DNA of 64,000 nt, taken from positions 2,356,001-2,420,000 of the forward strand of contig NEEC01000010.1 of NCBI GenBank assembly GCA_002189035.1, written 5' to 3'. The position numbers and the translations under genes are program-made. The notes beneath the pieces were generated by a model. The model had not been told where the DNA came from. It saw only the letters and a list, made by a program, of their open reading frames with translations, and searched no databases. Of the stretch, positions 11,777 to 25,422 are shown one piece after another; position 1 is the first letter of the stretch, and each line of letters opens with the position of its first letter. Source of the stretch: Utricularia gibba. Its lineage: Eukaryota > Plantae > Magnoliophyta.

Positions 11777-13314
11777 ATGGAACAACGCTCACGGAATCGC
11801 TAATGGCGCCGCCGATCGAGGAGCGTCGGTTCTCCACCCTGGACGACGCTATCGAGCACTACATCGGAGAAGTGACCTGGCGGCAACTCCTGCAAATAAC
11901 CATTGTGTCACTCGCCTGGTTCTTCGACGCTCAGCAGTCCTTCATCAGCATCTTCACCGATGCGAGACCCCAGTGGGTTTGTGCCAACCCTGCGGATCAG
12001 TCCCCCTGCAACTCTGGCGCCACCTGCACTCTTCCGCCTGATTTCTTTGCACAATCTTCTACTATCACTTCATGGTCTCTCCAGTGCTCTGACCGCATCA
12101 TCTCTGCTCTTCCATCTACATCTTTCTTCGCCGGGAGTATCGCCGGCGGCCTGCTGCTTTCCCCAATATCGGATTCTTCACTTGGGCGTAAAAGAATGCT
12201 ACTTATTTGCTGTTTATTTATGTCTGTCGCCGGAGCGGCATGTGCAGCCTCCATGAACATATGGATGTATTCATCCCTAAGATTCATCTCTGGCATGGGT
12301 CGTCACATGATCGGAAGTTGCGTTCTGGTTCATTCAGCAGAGCTTGTTGGAAAGAAATGGAGAGCGAGAGTTGGTACGATTGGATATGTGACTTTTGCTC
12401 TGGGATTCCTCTCGCTTCCGTTGATAGCTTTTCTGTTGAGAGAGAATTCATGGAGATTTGTATATCTTTCTACCAGCGGTCCATGCATTTTATACTGTTT
12501 GATACTTCAACTGTTGGTTGACGAATCTCCGAGATGGCTGTTTATAAAGAGCAGGAAGAAGGAATTCGCAGAGGCTCTTCTGAGAATCTCGTCCCCGGAG
12601 AGAAGAGTTTCTGCCGCCGATTTAATCCAATCGATAAATTGGGATGCTGTGGATCAACAGTCGGAAAAGAACCTGAGTTTCTACTCCTCGGTAAAGATTC
12701 TGTTTCAGGAAAAATCCATTCGGAAGAGATTGCTACTCATCTGCGCCGCCTGCATCACCAACGGATTAGCGTATTTCGGTTTCCCCTTCTCGCTGGGAAG
12801 CCTATCCCTGAATCCGTACATTGCTGTGATGATAAACGCATTGATGGAGTTCCCGGCGTCTTTAATCACTTTCATCGCCGTCGGGAACCTCGACCGGAGG
12901 CTTTCGATTTTCGCATTCGCCGCCGTGAGCGGCGTCTGCGGCGTGGCGACTGCCGTCGTGCGGAACCAAGTGTTACAGCTGTGGCTGGAAATTACGGCGT
13001 TTACGACTGCCGTGACGGTGCTCGACTTGATTATGATTTACGCCCTAGAGCTGTTCCCCACATGCGTCAGAAACTCGGGGATGACGGCGGCTAGGCTTGC
13101 CGTTAACCTCGGCGGTGCGGTGTTTCAGGTGGTGATGGCGATGGGAGATGGGAATCCGATGGTATCGTTTGGTGTGACAGGAGTTGCCATTGCGACTTCC
13201 GGGCTGCTGGTTTACTGGCTCCCGGAGACCAGGGGAAGACGATGGACTGATCTCATCGATGAACCTCAACCCTACCAAAGTTTGCCCATGGATACCACTT
13301 CAACCAACCTGTGA
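11777..13314 (+). CDS. Organic cation/carnitine transporter (MFS), intronless, copy A; in-frame ATG at 11803, homologous ATG at 11777 displaced by a 1-nt deletion
   Basis: AWFFDAQQSFISIFTD, SDSSLGRKR, VDESPRWL, ELFPTCVRNS and LPETRG are plant OCT2/3/5/6-type motifs. Confidence 0.92.
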
Positions 13315-13575
13315 TCTTTGAAAAAACATAACAAACGAGGTTGAAGCCCAGTTTTATTGGAGTATTTTATTTATTTAGTACTCGTTTGATAGTATGTTTT
13401 AGGTTACAAGGTCTTAAATATAATTGGGTTATTTTATATTAGAATAATTGATTGAAAATACATGAGCCTTATTTGATAGAAAGTTTTAAATAACATAATA
13501 TTATATAATATGCATTTGGTTAGAAATTTTATAATTTAATTTGTATATGATTTTACTAAAATGTCCATATTTTAA

Positions 13576-14280
13576 TCTATATATAATATAAAAGAATGTA
13601 ACCTTGGTGATCTCGATGTTTTATTTATTTTTGCTGTCTACATTATGTGTCATCAGATTTTAGAACTACTTAGATACACACGAAAAAAATATGAGGTCAA
13701 TAAAAGAACTAATCATAATTTATTAACAAAAATGGAGGGAACAAATATGATTATTAGAATAATTTTTTTTTGTAAAATAAAAAAAAATTATTATCTTTTA
13801 TTATCATGAAATTAATAAATACATATGATAAATGGGTTTGTGTTTTATTATAAACAGTGTATTAAATAAAAAATTTATTGGAATATATAATCTATAATAT
13901 TATATAACACTAAATTAATGATTATAATGTGTTATTTAATTCAACATCATCTAACATGAAGTTTTTGAAAAAAAAATTAAAAAAATTATACTATTTAATT
14001 TTTATCTATTTTAAAAATATATTTATATCATAAATATTTATAATGTATAATTTTATTTTATTACATTCTATAATATAATTTTATGTTATATTATAAAATA
14101 GTTTTATAATATCAAATTAATTAGATTTATATAACTTTAAAATTGACTATATTTTACCAAATCTAAATACAGCTTTAAATTACACAAATGCTTATTATTA
14201 GAGTGTTAAAAAAATAATTAAATCATTATAATTTATAAAATATTTTATTATTTAAAATTATTCATGTAGCATGATATTAG
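13576..14280 (+). mobile_element. Possible degenerate non-autonomous Helitron
   Basis: A|TCTATATATAATATAAAA is a typical Helitron 5' end. The AT-rich body ends in a small hairpin TCATG-TAG-CATGA followed by TATTAG|T, a degraded CTRR-type 3' end. Confidence 0.3.
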
Positions 14281-14353
14281 TCGACGTGGAGAATACAAGG
14301 ATAGTAGCATACACATATTTTAGTGAAATTCCAAGTTTGGGTCTGTCTACTCC

Positions 14354-15967
14354 CTACTGGCCGTCTAACGTTGAGGGTACGGTTTGGTAATTTTGATGCT
14401 CCTCCTCGATGACGTCATTCCAATGCTTGCCTCTAGTTTCAGGGAGTAGGTAAACAAGAAGCCCGACTGAAAAAATGGCAACTCCGGTCACACCGAATGC
14501 CACCGCCTTATTCCCACCCCCGGCCGCCGCCACCACCTGAAAGATTGCACCACCGAGGCTCACCGCCAGCCTCGCCACTGTCAGCGCCGAGTTCCTCACG
14601 CTTGTCGGAAAAAGTTCCAAGGCGTATATCATAATCAAGTCGAACACCGTCACCGTGGCCGTGAACGCCACAATCTCGAGACACATTTGTAACCCTTTGT
14701 TCAAGACCATCGCAATCGCTACGCCGCAAACGCCGCTCACGGTGGATAATCCGAAAATTGAAATCCTCCGATCGAATTTCCCGACGGCGATGAACGTCAG
14801 TAAAGACGCCGGAAATTCCATCAACGCGTTTATCACCACACCCATGTACAGATTGAGGGAGAGGGCTTCGAGCGAGAAGGGTAAACCGTAGTACGCTAAC
14901 CCCACACAGCAGAAGGCGGCGAAGATAACTAGCAATCTCCGGCGAACCCATTTCTCCTGCAACAAAAGCTTGATTGAGGAGTAGAAAGTCAAGTTTTCTT
15001 GCGATTGTTGATCTACGAAATCCCAATTTATGGATTCACTTAACTCAGTTGCAGAAACCCCTCTTTTCTCCGAGGACGAAATTCTCAAAAGGGTCTCTGC
15101 AAATTGGCCCTTTCTGTTCATGATGAACAGCCATCTTGGAGATTCATCGACGAACAGTTGAACAATTAAACTGTAGAAAATGCAAGGAACACAGGTGGCG
15201 AGGTATACGTATCGCCAAGAATGTTCTCTCAGTAGAAAAGCTATCAACGGAAGCGACAGAAATCCCAGAGCAAATGAGACAAATCCAAAGACGCCAACTT
15301 TCGGCCTCCATTTCCTCCCTACAAGCTCTGCTGAATGAACCAGAACACAACCTCCAATCATATTACGACCGGCACCGCTGATGAATCGGAGGCAGGAGTA
15401 CATCCATATATTTATCGAAGCTGCGCTTATTGCTCCGGCGACTGACATCAGTAAACAGCACAAAACCAGCATTTTCTTCCGCCCAAGCACGGAATCCGAT
15501 ACAGGGGAGAGCAACAATCCTCCGACAATAGCTCCAGCGAAGAAGGACGTGGATGGCAGAGCAGTTATTATGGGGTCTGAGCACTGCAGGGACCATGTGG
15601 AGATAGTAGAAGATTGAGGAGGGGAAACCCAAGAAAACGCATCCGGCGGCAGAGAACAAGCGTTCGCGGAAGAGTTGCAGGTCAACTGATCGGTGGAGTT
15701 GCGACAAATCCATTGGGGCTGTGCATCCGCAAAGATGCCGATGAATGTTTGTTGAGCATCGAAGAAATATCCTAGGGACACGATGGCTATCTGCAGGAGT
15801 TGGCACCATGTCACTCCTCCGGTGTAGTATTCGATAGCGTCGTCGAGGGTAGAGAATCGCTGCTCCTCCGTTTGCGGCGGGGTGGCTTGACCTGCAATCG
15901 TTGTCCCCATCGTCGATGTACCTTGGAGGGGGAGAGCAAGACAGCTTGTATCTGGACTACCATCCAC
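14354..15967 (-). CDS. Organic cation/carnitine transporter, intronless, copy B (ATG 15967 or 15910)
   Basis: 537-aa ORF collinear with copy A (FSTLDDAIE, FFDAQQTF, SDSVLGRKK, ESPRWL, ELFPTSVRNS, LPETRG). Confidence 0.93.
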   Translation of the reverse strand: MDGSPDTSCLALPLQGTSTMGTTIAGQATPPQTEEQRFSTLDDAIEYYTGGVTWCQLLQIAIVSLGYFFDAQQTFIGIFADAQPQWICRNSTDQLTCNSSANACSLPPDAFSWVSPPQSSTISTWSLQCSDPIITALPSTSFFAGAIVGGLLLSPVSDSVLGRKKMLVLCCLLMSVAGAISAASINIWMYSCLRFISGAGRNMIGGCVLVHSAELVGRKWRPKVGVFGFVSFALGFLSLPLIAFLLREHSWRYVYLATCVPCIFYSLIVQLFVDESPRWLFIMNRKGQFAETLLRISSSEKRGVSATELSESINWDFVDQQSQENLTFYSSIKLLLQEKWVRRRLLVIFAAFCCVGLAYYGLPFSLEALSLNLYMGVVINALMEFPASLLTFIAVGKFDRRISIFGLSTVSGVCGVAIAMVLNKGLQMCLEIVAFTATVTVFDLIMIYALELFPTSVRNSALTVARLAVSLGGAIFQVVAAAGGGNKAVAFGVTGVAIFSVGLLVYLLPETRGKHWNDVIEEEHQNYQTVPSTLDGQ

Positions 15968-17295
15968 ATACTATTCAATTTGTACTGATCGTTCATTTAG
16001 CGAAGCAACAAAATTCTATAGATAAAAATTCTAAAATCTCAATTTTTATCAAATATAACTAATTTATAATACGTATAATATATGAAAAAATTATTCATTC
16101 TTATCTCCTAAGTCCAAAATCAATTTCTAAATTTAGGGGCTGTAATTCGAAAACCTAATTCCCTTAAAATTTACCATTCCAGTGTTGCGTGTCACTTGTA
16201 CTCCAAAAGAAATGTGGTAGTTGGAGTATTTGTTGCCTCCCGAATTCAAGTTTATGGGACCCACATAATGTATTTATAAAGTACGTTATTTAATAATGTA
16301 TACAAAATATTTATATTTAGTTTAAAATTGAAAATTCATTTTCATTTTATTATTATTATATAAATATTTTTAAAAAATTAAAATAAATAAAAAATGATTA
16401 AAAAACTCATGTTATATGATTAATTTACTTGCTGTTACAAACTCTTTTATATAATTTTTAATTTTTTATAATATGTGATGGATCACACTTATGGGAATCT
16501 ATTAACTTGCATTATAAAATTAATATTTTTTTACAAGTTTGATTGGTCCCATTAGTGGATTTGATCGGTCGGGTCCAATTGGGTGAACCCCAGTTCAGTA
16601 ACACACCACGGCATTGAAAACAATATATGAAGCATTAATGATTCCATTTAAACTTATTTTTTTAAAAAAGATTGATTAATTGCTATTAGATATTTTTGAA
16701 AGCATATGATGATTTCATGTGTATTTTATATTTTTTGAAATTGAAAAAAATATGAAACAATTCAAAAAATTGAATGTTTATTATTGAAATATTTAAAAAT
16801 ATGTAATTTATAAGTTATTAATAAATACGAATACGATATGTTTGTATATTTGATGGTTTAAATTTATATGAGTGAATAGGTTGTCAATTTTGATGGTTTG
16901 AAGTATTATTTAAATTATATAATTAAATTTATATATTTTTTATTTTTTATATCATAAAAAATAATATTGATTGATTAAAAAAAAATTTTAAGAGTAAAAA
17001 AGTGGATGAGGATGAGGCCCAGTTAAAAAGTAATAATCCGCTGTGGTCTTCTAATCCTGGGCCTGCTCAAGCCCATCCAGCACGACGTTTTTTCTCCGAG
17101 GCGTCGTGCGTGGGATTTTCGAATAGCATTTTCTTGAGGGAGACTCTCTACTCTCCCTCCAACGCAGCCTCGCGTTCTTTACAATTTTCTTGCCGATTTC
17201 GAATTGTAGGTCGAGATAGTCCTTTCGCAATTCGTGATTCGCATCTGTTCCTATGTGATAAACGTTTGTTGTTGAATATTGTGGACGGATTAGAG

Positions 17296-20200
17296 ATGCC
17301 GCTGTTTATGTCCGATGAAGAGTTCCAACGGTGTTTGGGCGATGCTGGAAAGGTGGCGGAGAAGGCCGATGAGTTTATTCAGAAAATGAATGTTGAGGTA
17401 GAAAAGGTGAGGTCGGATTCTCAGGCGGCTTCCATAGCACTTGAACAAACGTGCTTTGATATTGAACAAAAATATGCATCCCTTTCTGCGGAGAATGCGG
17501 AACTGCATTCGAAACTTGTGGCACTTAAAGGTTTGGTAGAACAGCGGAATTCTGAAATTGAGCGGGTTCAATCGGAAAAGCAGCAGCTTGCTCTTCAATC
17601 CGTGAGTTCATGTTTGAAGTTTTTTTTTGTCGGTTATTTTGTCATTGGTCGATAATTTTATTTTTTTATGGGTTTATTGACAGATTGAGAGGGATGGGGA
17701 GATTGAACGCCTCAGAAGGGAGGCATCTGAAGCCCATGTGTCGAAGAGGCAACTGATAGAACTCTTGGAGCACAAGGAATTAGAACTCAGCGAGAAAAAT
17801 GCGACCATTAAGAGTTATCTCGACAAAATTGTATCCCATTTTGTCCTCTCTTGCTTGTTTCAGTGATTTCATGTCACAAAATTGAAGATTCTGTATTTCA
17901 ATAATGTTGAATTAGCTCATTTTGACTTCTTGGAGGTAAATTTGACGGAGAATGCAACATCAAAAGAAGTCCGGATGGCTGATATGGAATTTGAAGTGGG
18001 ACAATCGAAGGCTACATCTGCCCGCTATTCACAGGTACATGGATTTTCTATTTGCTCGGCAATATTTTGCCTTTTGTTTATTTTTCAATAAGTTCATCGT
18101 GTTGCAATGTGCCTTTATTTTTTTAGCATTTGATATTTAATGGTTAGCTGTACTGTGACATTTTTCACTGCTTCATTAACTGAGTGAAGGATATTTAAGA
18201 TTGTTTTTGTCCGATTTTTATTATTTTCTTACATGGTTAGCCTGCAGTTATTCATTGATAAGGCCAACTGGCAGTTACTGTATCTAATTTGATTCGAGCA
18301 GGAAAAGGAGCTTCTTGAGAGGCATAATGCGTGGCTTAATGAGGAGTTGAATGCAAAAATGACCACCTTTATCCAGTTGCGTAAAGAAAAAGGGGAACTT
18401 GAAGCTGATATGACTTCTAAACTTGCTGATGTGAGAATATATATATTTCTTGTTTATGTGATCTTTGTGGATTGGAATCATAAGTTGATACATATATTTC
18501 TGAATCTGTATGGTTCAGTTTTGTACTGAAAGCTGTTTTTAAGTTCCCTTTTTTTCCACAACATTAACAGTTCAATTAAATCCTTTTTTTTTTCTTGATC
18601 CAGGCTGAAAAGCAACTTAAGGAGAACTCCAGCTCCATGAAAATGCAGAATGAAAGAGTAAAAGAATTGGAGGAAAAGCTGCTGTTGGTCGAAAGTGTAT
18701 GCTAATTGGCATTTTGTCTCTTTCTTCAGTGTCCGTCAGCATGTTTGTAGTTATTTTTTTCTCCTACATAACTCTTTTATTTCCCTTTTCTTTTTTACAC
18801 ATTAGGAGTTAATGTCGGTAAAGAATGCCTCTGTTGCTGCAGAGGGGAGCTTCAATGCTGAAATCTCTACTGTAAGTTTATATGTCTTCTGTTACTGAAT
18901 TCAGTCAATAGTTTTTTTTTCTAGTTTTTACTGTAATGATTGAGCAAATTTTCTCTGAAAATGTTCTCTCCGTTGGTTTTCTATTATACATTTTCTAGTT
19001 ATGGTATGCAGGACTCCTGCTATTTATAAACTGGGATATTATGATTTTACTTTTTTTGTTCTCAAAGGTGAACAAGCTTGTTGAACTGTACAAGGAAAGT
19101 TCTGAGGAATGGTCAAAAAAGGCTGGGGATCTTGAGGGTGTTATCAAGGCTATGGAAGTATGATTTCTATATTTTTTTTTTTTTTTTCGTTTGAAATTGC
19201 AACTACATTTTGAACTAACGACACATGGTCTTTTTTTCAACATCATGTGTCTAACTATTTGTCCACTGAGCAGGTTCATTTTAGCCAAGTTGAAAATGAA
19301 TACAAAGATAAGCTCGAAAAAGAAGCCGATTTGAGGATTAAATTAGAAAAGGCATGTTGTATTTCATATTCTTTTTCTTTTGGTTATGATAAGGGGAAAA
19401 TCCTGGATGAAAATTATTACGACTAGTCATTATGCTCTTTAATTTTAGATTTTGGCTTATCTTTATTGAGATTTTCTTGGTATTTTTGCGTAAGTAAACT
19501 AGTTAATGTGTTTTTCATGTGTAGGAGTCAGCCAACTTGAGGGAACAGCTACAAAATATCACAGCTGATTTAGAAGGTCTGAAGAAGGGAAATGAACAAC
19601 AGCTGGTTCTTAGTAGTAATGCAACTGATTTGTGAGTACATATAGTATTGTTAGTCAGCATTGTCCATGTTTCTCCAACTTCTGTGTCGGCTGTTGTTGA
19701 TATTTTCTACGCCATGATTTCCATTTCAATAGTTTGCTGTGATTTAGTGTTCGATGATCAGCTTCATTGTTTGTTTGCGTTGGATTGACGCTGGCATGAT
19801 TTTGTGTAATATTATTTCTTCTTAGACTCCCAGGGTCCATTGATACTGGTGAAGTTGCTGGTGATGATCGTGCTGTTGTCCCAATTATTCCAATTGCTGT
19901 ATCAGAAACAGCATGTGCTGCTGCGCTTCTTAGGGATGGGTGGACTGTGAGTTGCATGTTTTGTTGTATACCTATTTATTAGTATCTCTAATATTTCGCA
20001 GCTTTCTTATTTGTTATTTCCTGTGTTATTTGAAGCTGGTAAAACTGTACTCAAAATATCAAGAAACATCTGATGCCCTTCGTCATGAGCAGATGGGGCG
20101 AAAGCATGCACAGGCTGTCTTAGAGAGAGTATGTTATTGATGATAGCCAATATCTTTTGCTATTTAATAATGCTGTTTTCTCTAGATTGGATCTGCGCCT

Positions 20201-23200
20201 ATAGCTTAGCACCTTAATTGCATCTGGTTTGGTTTTCTCAGTTATATTGCAAATACTTCTTAGGTAACATGATGTGATTTTTAGTTTAAGTCCGCCAGCA
20301 TTGCATTTAGTTTTGTAGGTGCAATCTCATTTCCATTTTTTGTAGAATTAAAAACAAGCCAACTGTGCCATGTCTAGGAATATTTTTTTTCCAAAATTTG
20401 ACTGACCTATCTTGGGGTGGTGGAGTGATGATAACGAGTTGGTTTTTTTAGGTACTTTATGAAGTAGAGAAAAAGGCTGTGGCCATCTTTGCTGAACGAG
20501 GTTTGTCTTTTTGTAATGTGTTCCAACTCAATGATAAATTCGATCATTGATTGCTATTTGAAGTATGATCGACTTTTAGTTTGAAAATACCCGTGTTTCT
20601 ATGCCATGCTTCTTTTAAACGTTTGTAAACTTTGAAGATTAGTCTGGCCTCAGATGATATATTTGAATGCGAAGCTTTTTTTAAACATTTCCAACCTTCC
20701 AAACTCATTTTATCTTGTATTTATCATTGATATCATACAAGCTATTCTGTATGTCTAAAGGGCATCATAAACTTTTTTTGGTTAGTCCTTGGTGTATCTT
20801 GCAACTGCACTTTAATTTTCATTATGCGGTGCGTGGATCATGTCCATGTTGAATTCTTCCATATGATATAGTGTTTATTTCAACATTTGCGTTCTTGCAG
20901 AGGAACATGAGAGATTTCTTGAGGCTTACTCTACTTTAGAACAGAAACTGCAAGATTCTAAACTGGAGCATTCTGTTCTGGAGACGACAATTCAAGACCT
21001 TAAGGTTGGTTGGTGCTGTCGATTTCTACTATATTTCATTCAAAAAATCATGCTATGCGTATTGCTTTTCTGATTGGGGGATGTTCATTTTGTTTTCCAG
21101 GCTAACTTAAAGAGGCAGGAGCGTGACTATGCTATTGCTCAGAAGGAGATTGTTGACCTCCAGAAGCAGGTCCAAGAAGAGACTTTGTGTGTGTGTGTGT
21201 CTGTCTGCATATGTGGGCTATGGCTCATGGTTAAAATATTTATGATTTCCATGATATCCATCAATTCAGATCATGTTTTGCTTCTTTAATAGGTGGCGGT
21301 TCTCTTAAAGGAGTGTAGGGATGTGCAGCTGCGGTGTGGATCAGCTGCTGGCCAAATTGATGATGAACTGGAAATGGTTTCAGCCGTAGCATCAGATGAT
21401 GAGAATAGCATAGAGCATATCATCTCTGAAAGACTGGTATAGTTTTTGTTTGTTGGTATCCTTTTCTCTGGATATTTCTGGTACAGAATCTGAAATTTGT
21501 TGTTGGTCATGCAGTTGACATTTAAGGATATACATGGCCTGGTTGAGAAGAATGTTCAACTTAGGAGTCTTGTTCGCAAACTTTCAGAGCAAGTAGAGGA
21601 GAGAGAAACCACATTGAAGGCATTTCCAAGTTTCTTTTGCATTCTCTGTCTGAAATCTGATTATATTGACATTATGAGTTTACTTGTTTTACTTAAATAC
21701 ATTTCAGGATGAGTATGAAAGGGAGCTTCAAAGGCACACCGAAGACTCTGAACGTAAAGTAAATGCAGTATTGCATAGAGTAGAGGAACAGGGAGTGATG
21801 ATTGAGTCACTTCATTCCTCTGTAAGTGTTTCAACATTAGTCTATGCTTCAATTTTTGTTATGACTGTTGTTTATTGATGAACTCCAGCAGTTTTTTATA
21901 ATCTTGCATATGATAATAACATGAATAGGTGGCAATGTACAAAAAGTTATATGAAGAACAGAAACTCCATTCTTATCCTTCCCGTGAGAAGGATGATGTT
22001 CAAGGTTCTTCCTCTTTCTTAGAACCGTCATTGGACTTGATTGTGTAAGATTAAATTATGTCTAAGAACAAAAAGAAGTTTTCTCTTCGTGATGTTTTCA
22101 AATCCATTTTGAATTGAATTCTGGAGCTATGGATGCGGTTTATAAGATGTAAGATTAAAGTTCTTAAATGGGGCATCTATATTCAACTCATCTTCTGGTT
22201 TTTCGTATTTTATGCTTGTAATATCTTTCTATGGTAAATGCCACCCCTTATGACAGTTTTGTATTCCTAAAGTTGCCAACTATCGATCCATTATACTCAA
22301 CCACCATGTTTTTTCTTTCTGTTGCAGAACAACGAAGTGGGGACACAAATCTACGTGAAATTATTCATGTGTGTTTTTCCTTTATTTTCTGATTAAAAGT
22401 TTCTCATGCAATTTCTTTTCTAGTTTTGATTTGATGTTCGCCAAACTGTGTATTTTAATGTTAAAAAGTAGGGTCTTCACAAATTTTTAGGCAAAAGCAG
22501 AATGAAAAGATTGAATGTAGGAGGAAGTCATGTTTAACTTCTTTAAAAATCGTTTATTTGAATTATGTTGTTGTAGGTCTTATCTTCAAAGACAAAAAAT
22601 CACTCTTTTGGCCCCCTGAAAGATCTCGAGGAAGATTTAACGAAATTTAGGTATCATCCCGACTCTGTGATTTTGTGCTTCTGCACAGCTCTGTGCTGTA
22701 ATGCAAACTATCTCTTTCATGTATTCTAGCTGTAGATCATTTAACCACTATTGGTGATTGAGTGCTTTGGCTAGTTTAAGAGCTTTCTTATTTTCCCTTT
22801 TGTTATAAAAGCTCTAAGCACCATTTCTCAGTCCTTTTCACTCTATACTTGTGCCGAGTTCTCACCTATGCCGTTGCTGAAGTACTGTGGCTTTCTTAAT
22901 ATTTTTATATAAGCATCACCCTTTTTTTTTCCTTTAAATCTCAGGAATGAGGCTACCTCCTTGCGATCTGAGCGAAGCCAGTTAGTGATGGAAGTACAAT
23001 TTGCACAAGAAAAACTTTCTAGATTTATGAACGAATTTGAGCAACAGGTCTAAGTGAAGACCCCTACTCCCATTTCCGGAGTTTGAGTCTTTAGTGTAGT
23101 TTTTTGTTTTTTTTTTTCATGTTAATATTTGCATTTATGTCATTTTCATGTTTTCCTACTGAATATTTGGTTTTTGCTTTCTTTTCCTCCCCAGAAAGAG

Positions 23201-25388
23201 GAGCATAATCGAGTCCTAGCCAGGAATATAGAGTTCCAGCAGTTGATTATTGACTACCAGAATAAGCTGCGAGAAAGTGCTCAGTCTTTGGATGCTTCCA
23301 ATGAGCTCTTGTCAAAGCTACAAATGGAGGTATATGATTTCGTTTTTATAGAAATCATTCTCTGTGTTCTGTGTTGCCATCAATGTACAACTTGTTATGG
23401 GAATTCTTTCATAGGCGTCAATCTTGAAGCATGAAAAGGAAATTAGTCAGAACTCAGAGAAAAGAGCATCTGATGAAGTTCGCAGTTTGTCAGAAAGACT
23501 TCACCGGTTACAGGTTTTTGTCTGTAGATTTTTCAAAAAAAAAAGGGGGATTAAAGGTTCATTTGAAACCACATTTCCTTCTACCTACTTCTATTTATTA
23601 TGTTCTTTGCCGGTAGGCCACGCTGGAGACGATTCATAGTGCAGATGAAGCACGTGAGGTCAATTTTGTACATTTTCCTTTATCCCTACCTGGGGTTTAT
23701 TTATTTATTTATTTATTTTTTGCTTCTTTCTAACCACTCCACCTTAATTTGAATTATGATTTTATATGCTCTGGATAGGAAGCAAGAAGTTCTGAAAGAA
23801 AGCAGCGGGAAACATATGTCAATAAAATGGAGGTATCCTTTGTAATTTTTTTTTTTATCTATATACCATGCGGGTATGTAAATAATTTGAGCGTGTTCAT
23901 CGAATTTCAAACACAATTTATATGAAGGAAAACAATACACGCATAGAAATTTTTAATACTAGGTTGCTTATGATACTTTTTTTTTTTTTTGCGAAGAAAG
24001 AGTGGGCTGAATTGAAACAAGAGCTTCAGGCTGAACGGGACAACTACAGGAATCTTTCTCTTGAACATGAGGCCACCTTAAGGAATGCTTTGAGACAGCT
24101 TGAAGATTTGAGAAAAGAATTGGCCGATGCAGTGCAATCTGCAGCAGCTGCTGAGGCTCGAGCTGCAGTTGCTGAGGTCCAACAGAAGCTTTTAACTTCA
24201 TCGTGTGGATTATATTGTTGCATTCTATTTGGTGGTTTCTACCTTACTGAAACCACAATTTTTTATGATGGTGAATTTTTTTTCCCCAGGCTCGTAGATC
24301 TGATTTGGAGAAGATCGTGGAGTCAGGGATAAATAAGGTATCAGTATTCTCTGAGTCAGTCTCATCCGCAACACGCACAAAACAACGTTGCTTTATTTCC
24401 GTGTTAGAGCTTCCTAGTGTACTGATTATGTATTCTCTGAGTCAGTCTTCTGGTGCTGCCGGAGGCGATACATCCTCTGGCGAGAAGGTAATCCTCCATA
24501 TGAATGATACCTTGTGTAATTTGCATGTGTGACATGCTCAATTTCTGTACTATTTTATGTGAATCTAGGCGACTGCTTTCTATTTGCGCATTGCATTTTT
24601 TGAATCCATGCCCAATAGCATGTGCTGTAATATTTTTTTTAAAGCCATATGCTTGTATCCCGTTGGTCTATTACACCAACCTTTAAACTGCCACATGTCA
24701 TGCATGTCAGTTAACTGGTGCACTTTCTCTGACATCTGTGCTTATATTTTTTAAGTTTCTCGAGTCCCTCTTAGACTTCCCATCATTAGAACTCTTTTAT
24801 AATCAGTGGGCTGTGTTATTTAAAGCCGAGTTTAGGTCATGCAAAGGTCACCTTTCAGGTCTTGGCGAATTTCCATGATGAAGTTGAAAAATTGAGAGAT
24901 GAAGCCAAGGCTAGCAAAGAACACATGCATCAGGTGACTTGGAGGGAAATGCTGGTTGTCATCTGTTATATCTCTCATTTTCCCTTTCTAGCACTTTTAT
25001 TCCTTACCCTTCTACCCCCATTTAGTACAAGCACCTTGCTCAAGTCAACGAAGAGGCTTGCAAGCAATTGGAGTTGGCCCATGAAAGTTTCAAGAATGAG
25101 GTATTACTTTGGTTCCTGGCCCTATTTATTCTCTACTCTAGCTTCGTTTTTGAAACTTTTTTCTACAGGCTGAAGAAGTTAAGAGATCACTTGATGCTGA
25201 ACTTGGGTCCCTCAGAAATCATGTTCATCATCTTGAAGATGACTATAGAAGGAAAATTGAGGAGGCAGTTGCCGCAAATGCTGAAAAAGAAGAGGCGCTT
25301 GCTACTGCCATTTCTGAAATCGCCAGCCTTAAGAATGATTGTTCAGTAAAAACGTGAGCCCTTGCTGCAACCTACCCCCCCCCCCCCC

Positions 25389-25422
<34 letters not shown>

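Noticed and set aside
11641-11802. N-terminal extension of OCT-A from the ORF track
   Set aside because: It starts at TTG and has no counterpart in OCT-B or the family.
17002-17295. Extension of NUA exon 1 in the ORF track
   Set aside because: It has a GTG start, and the conserved protein begins at MPLFMSDEE (17296).
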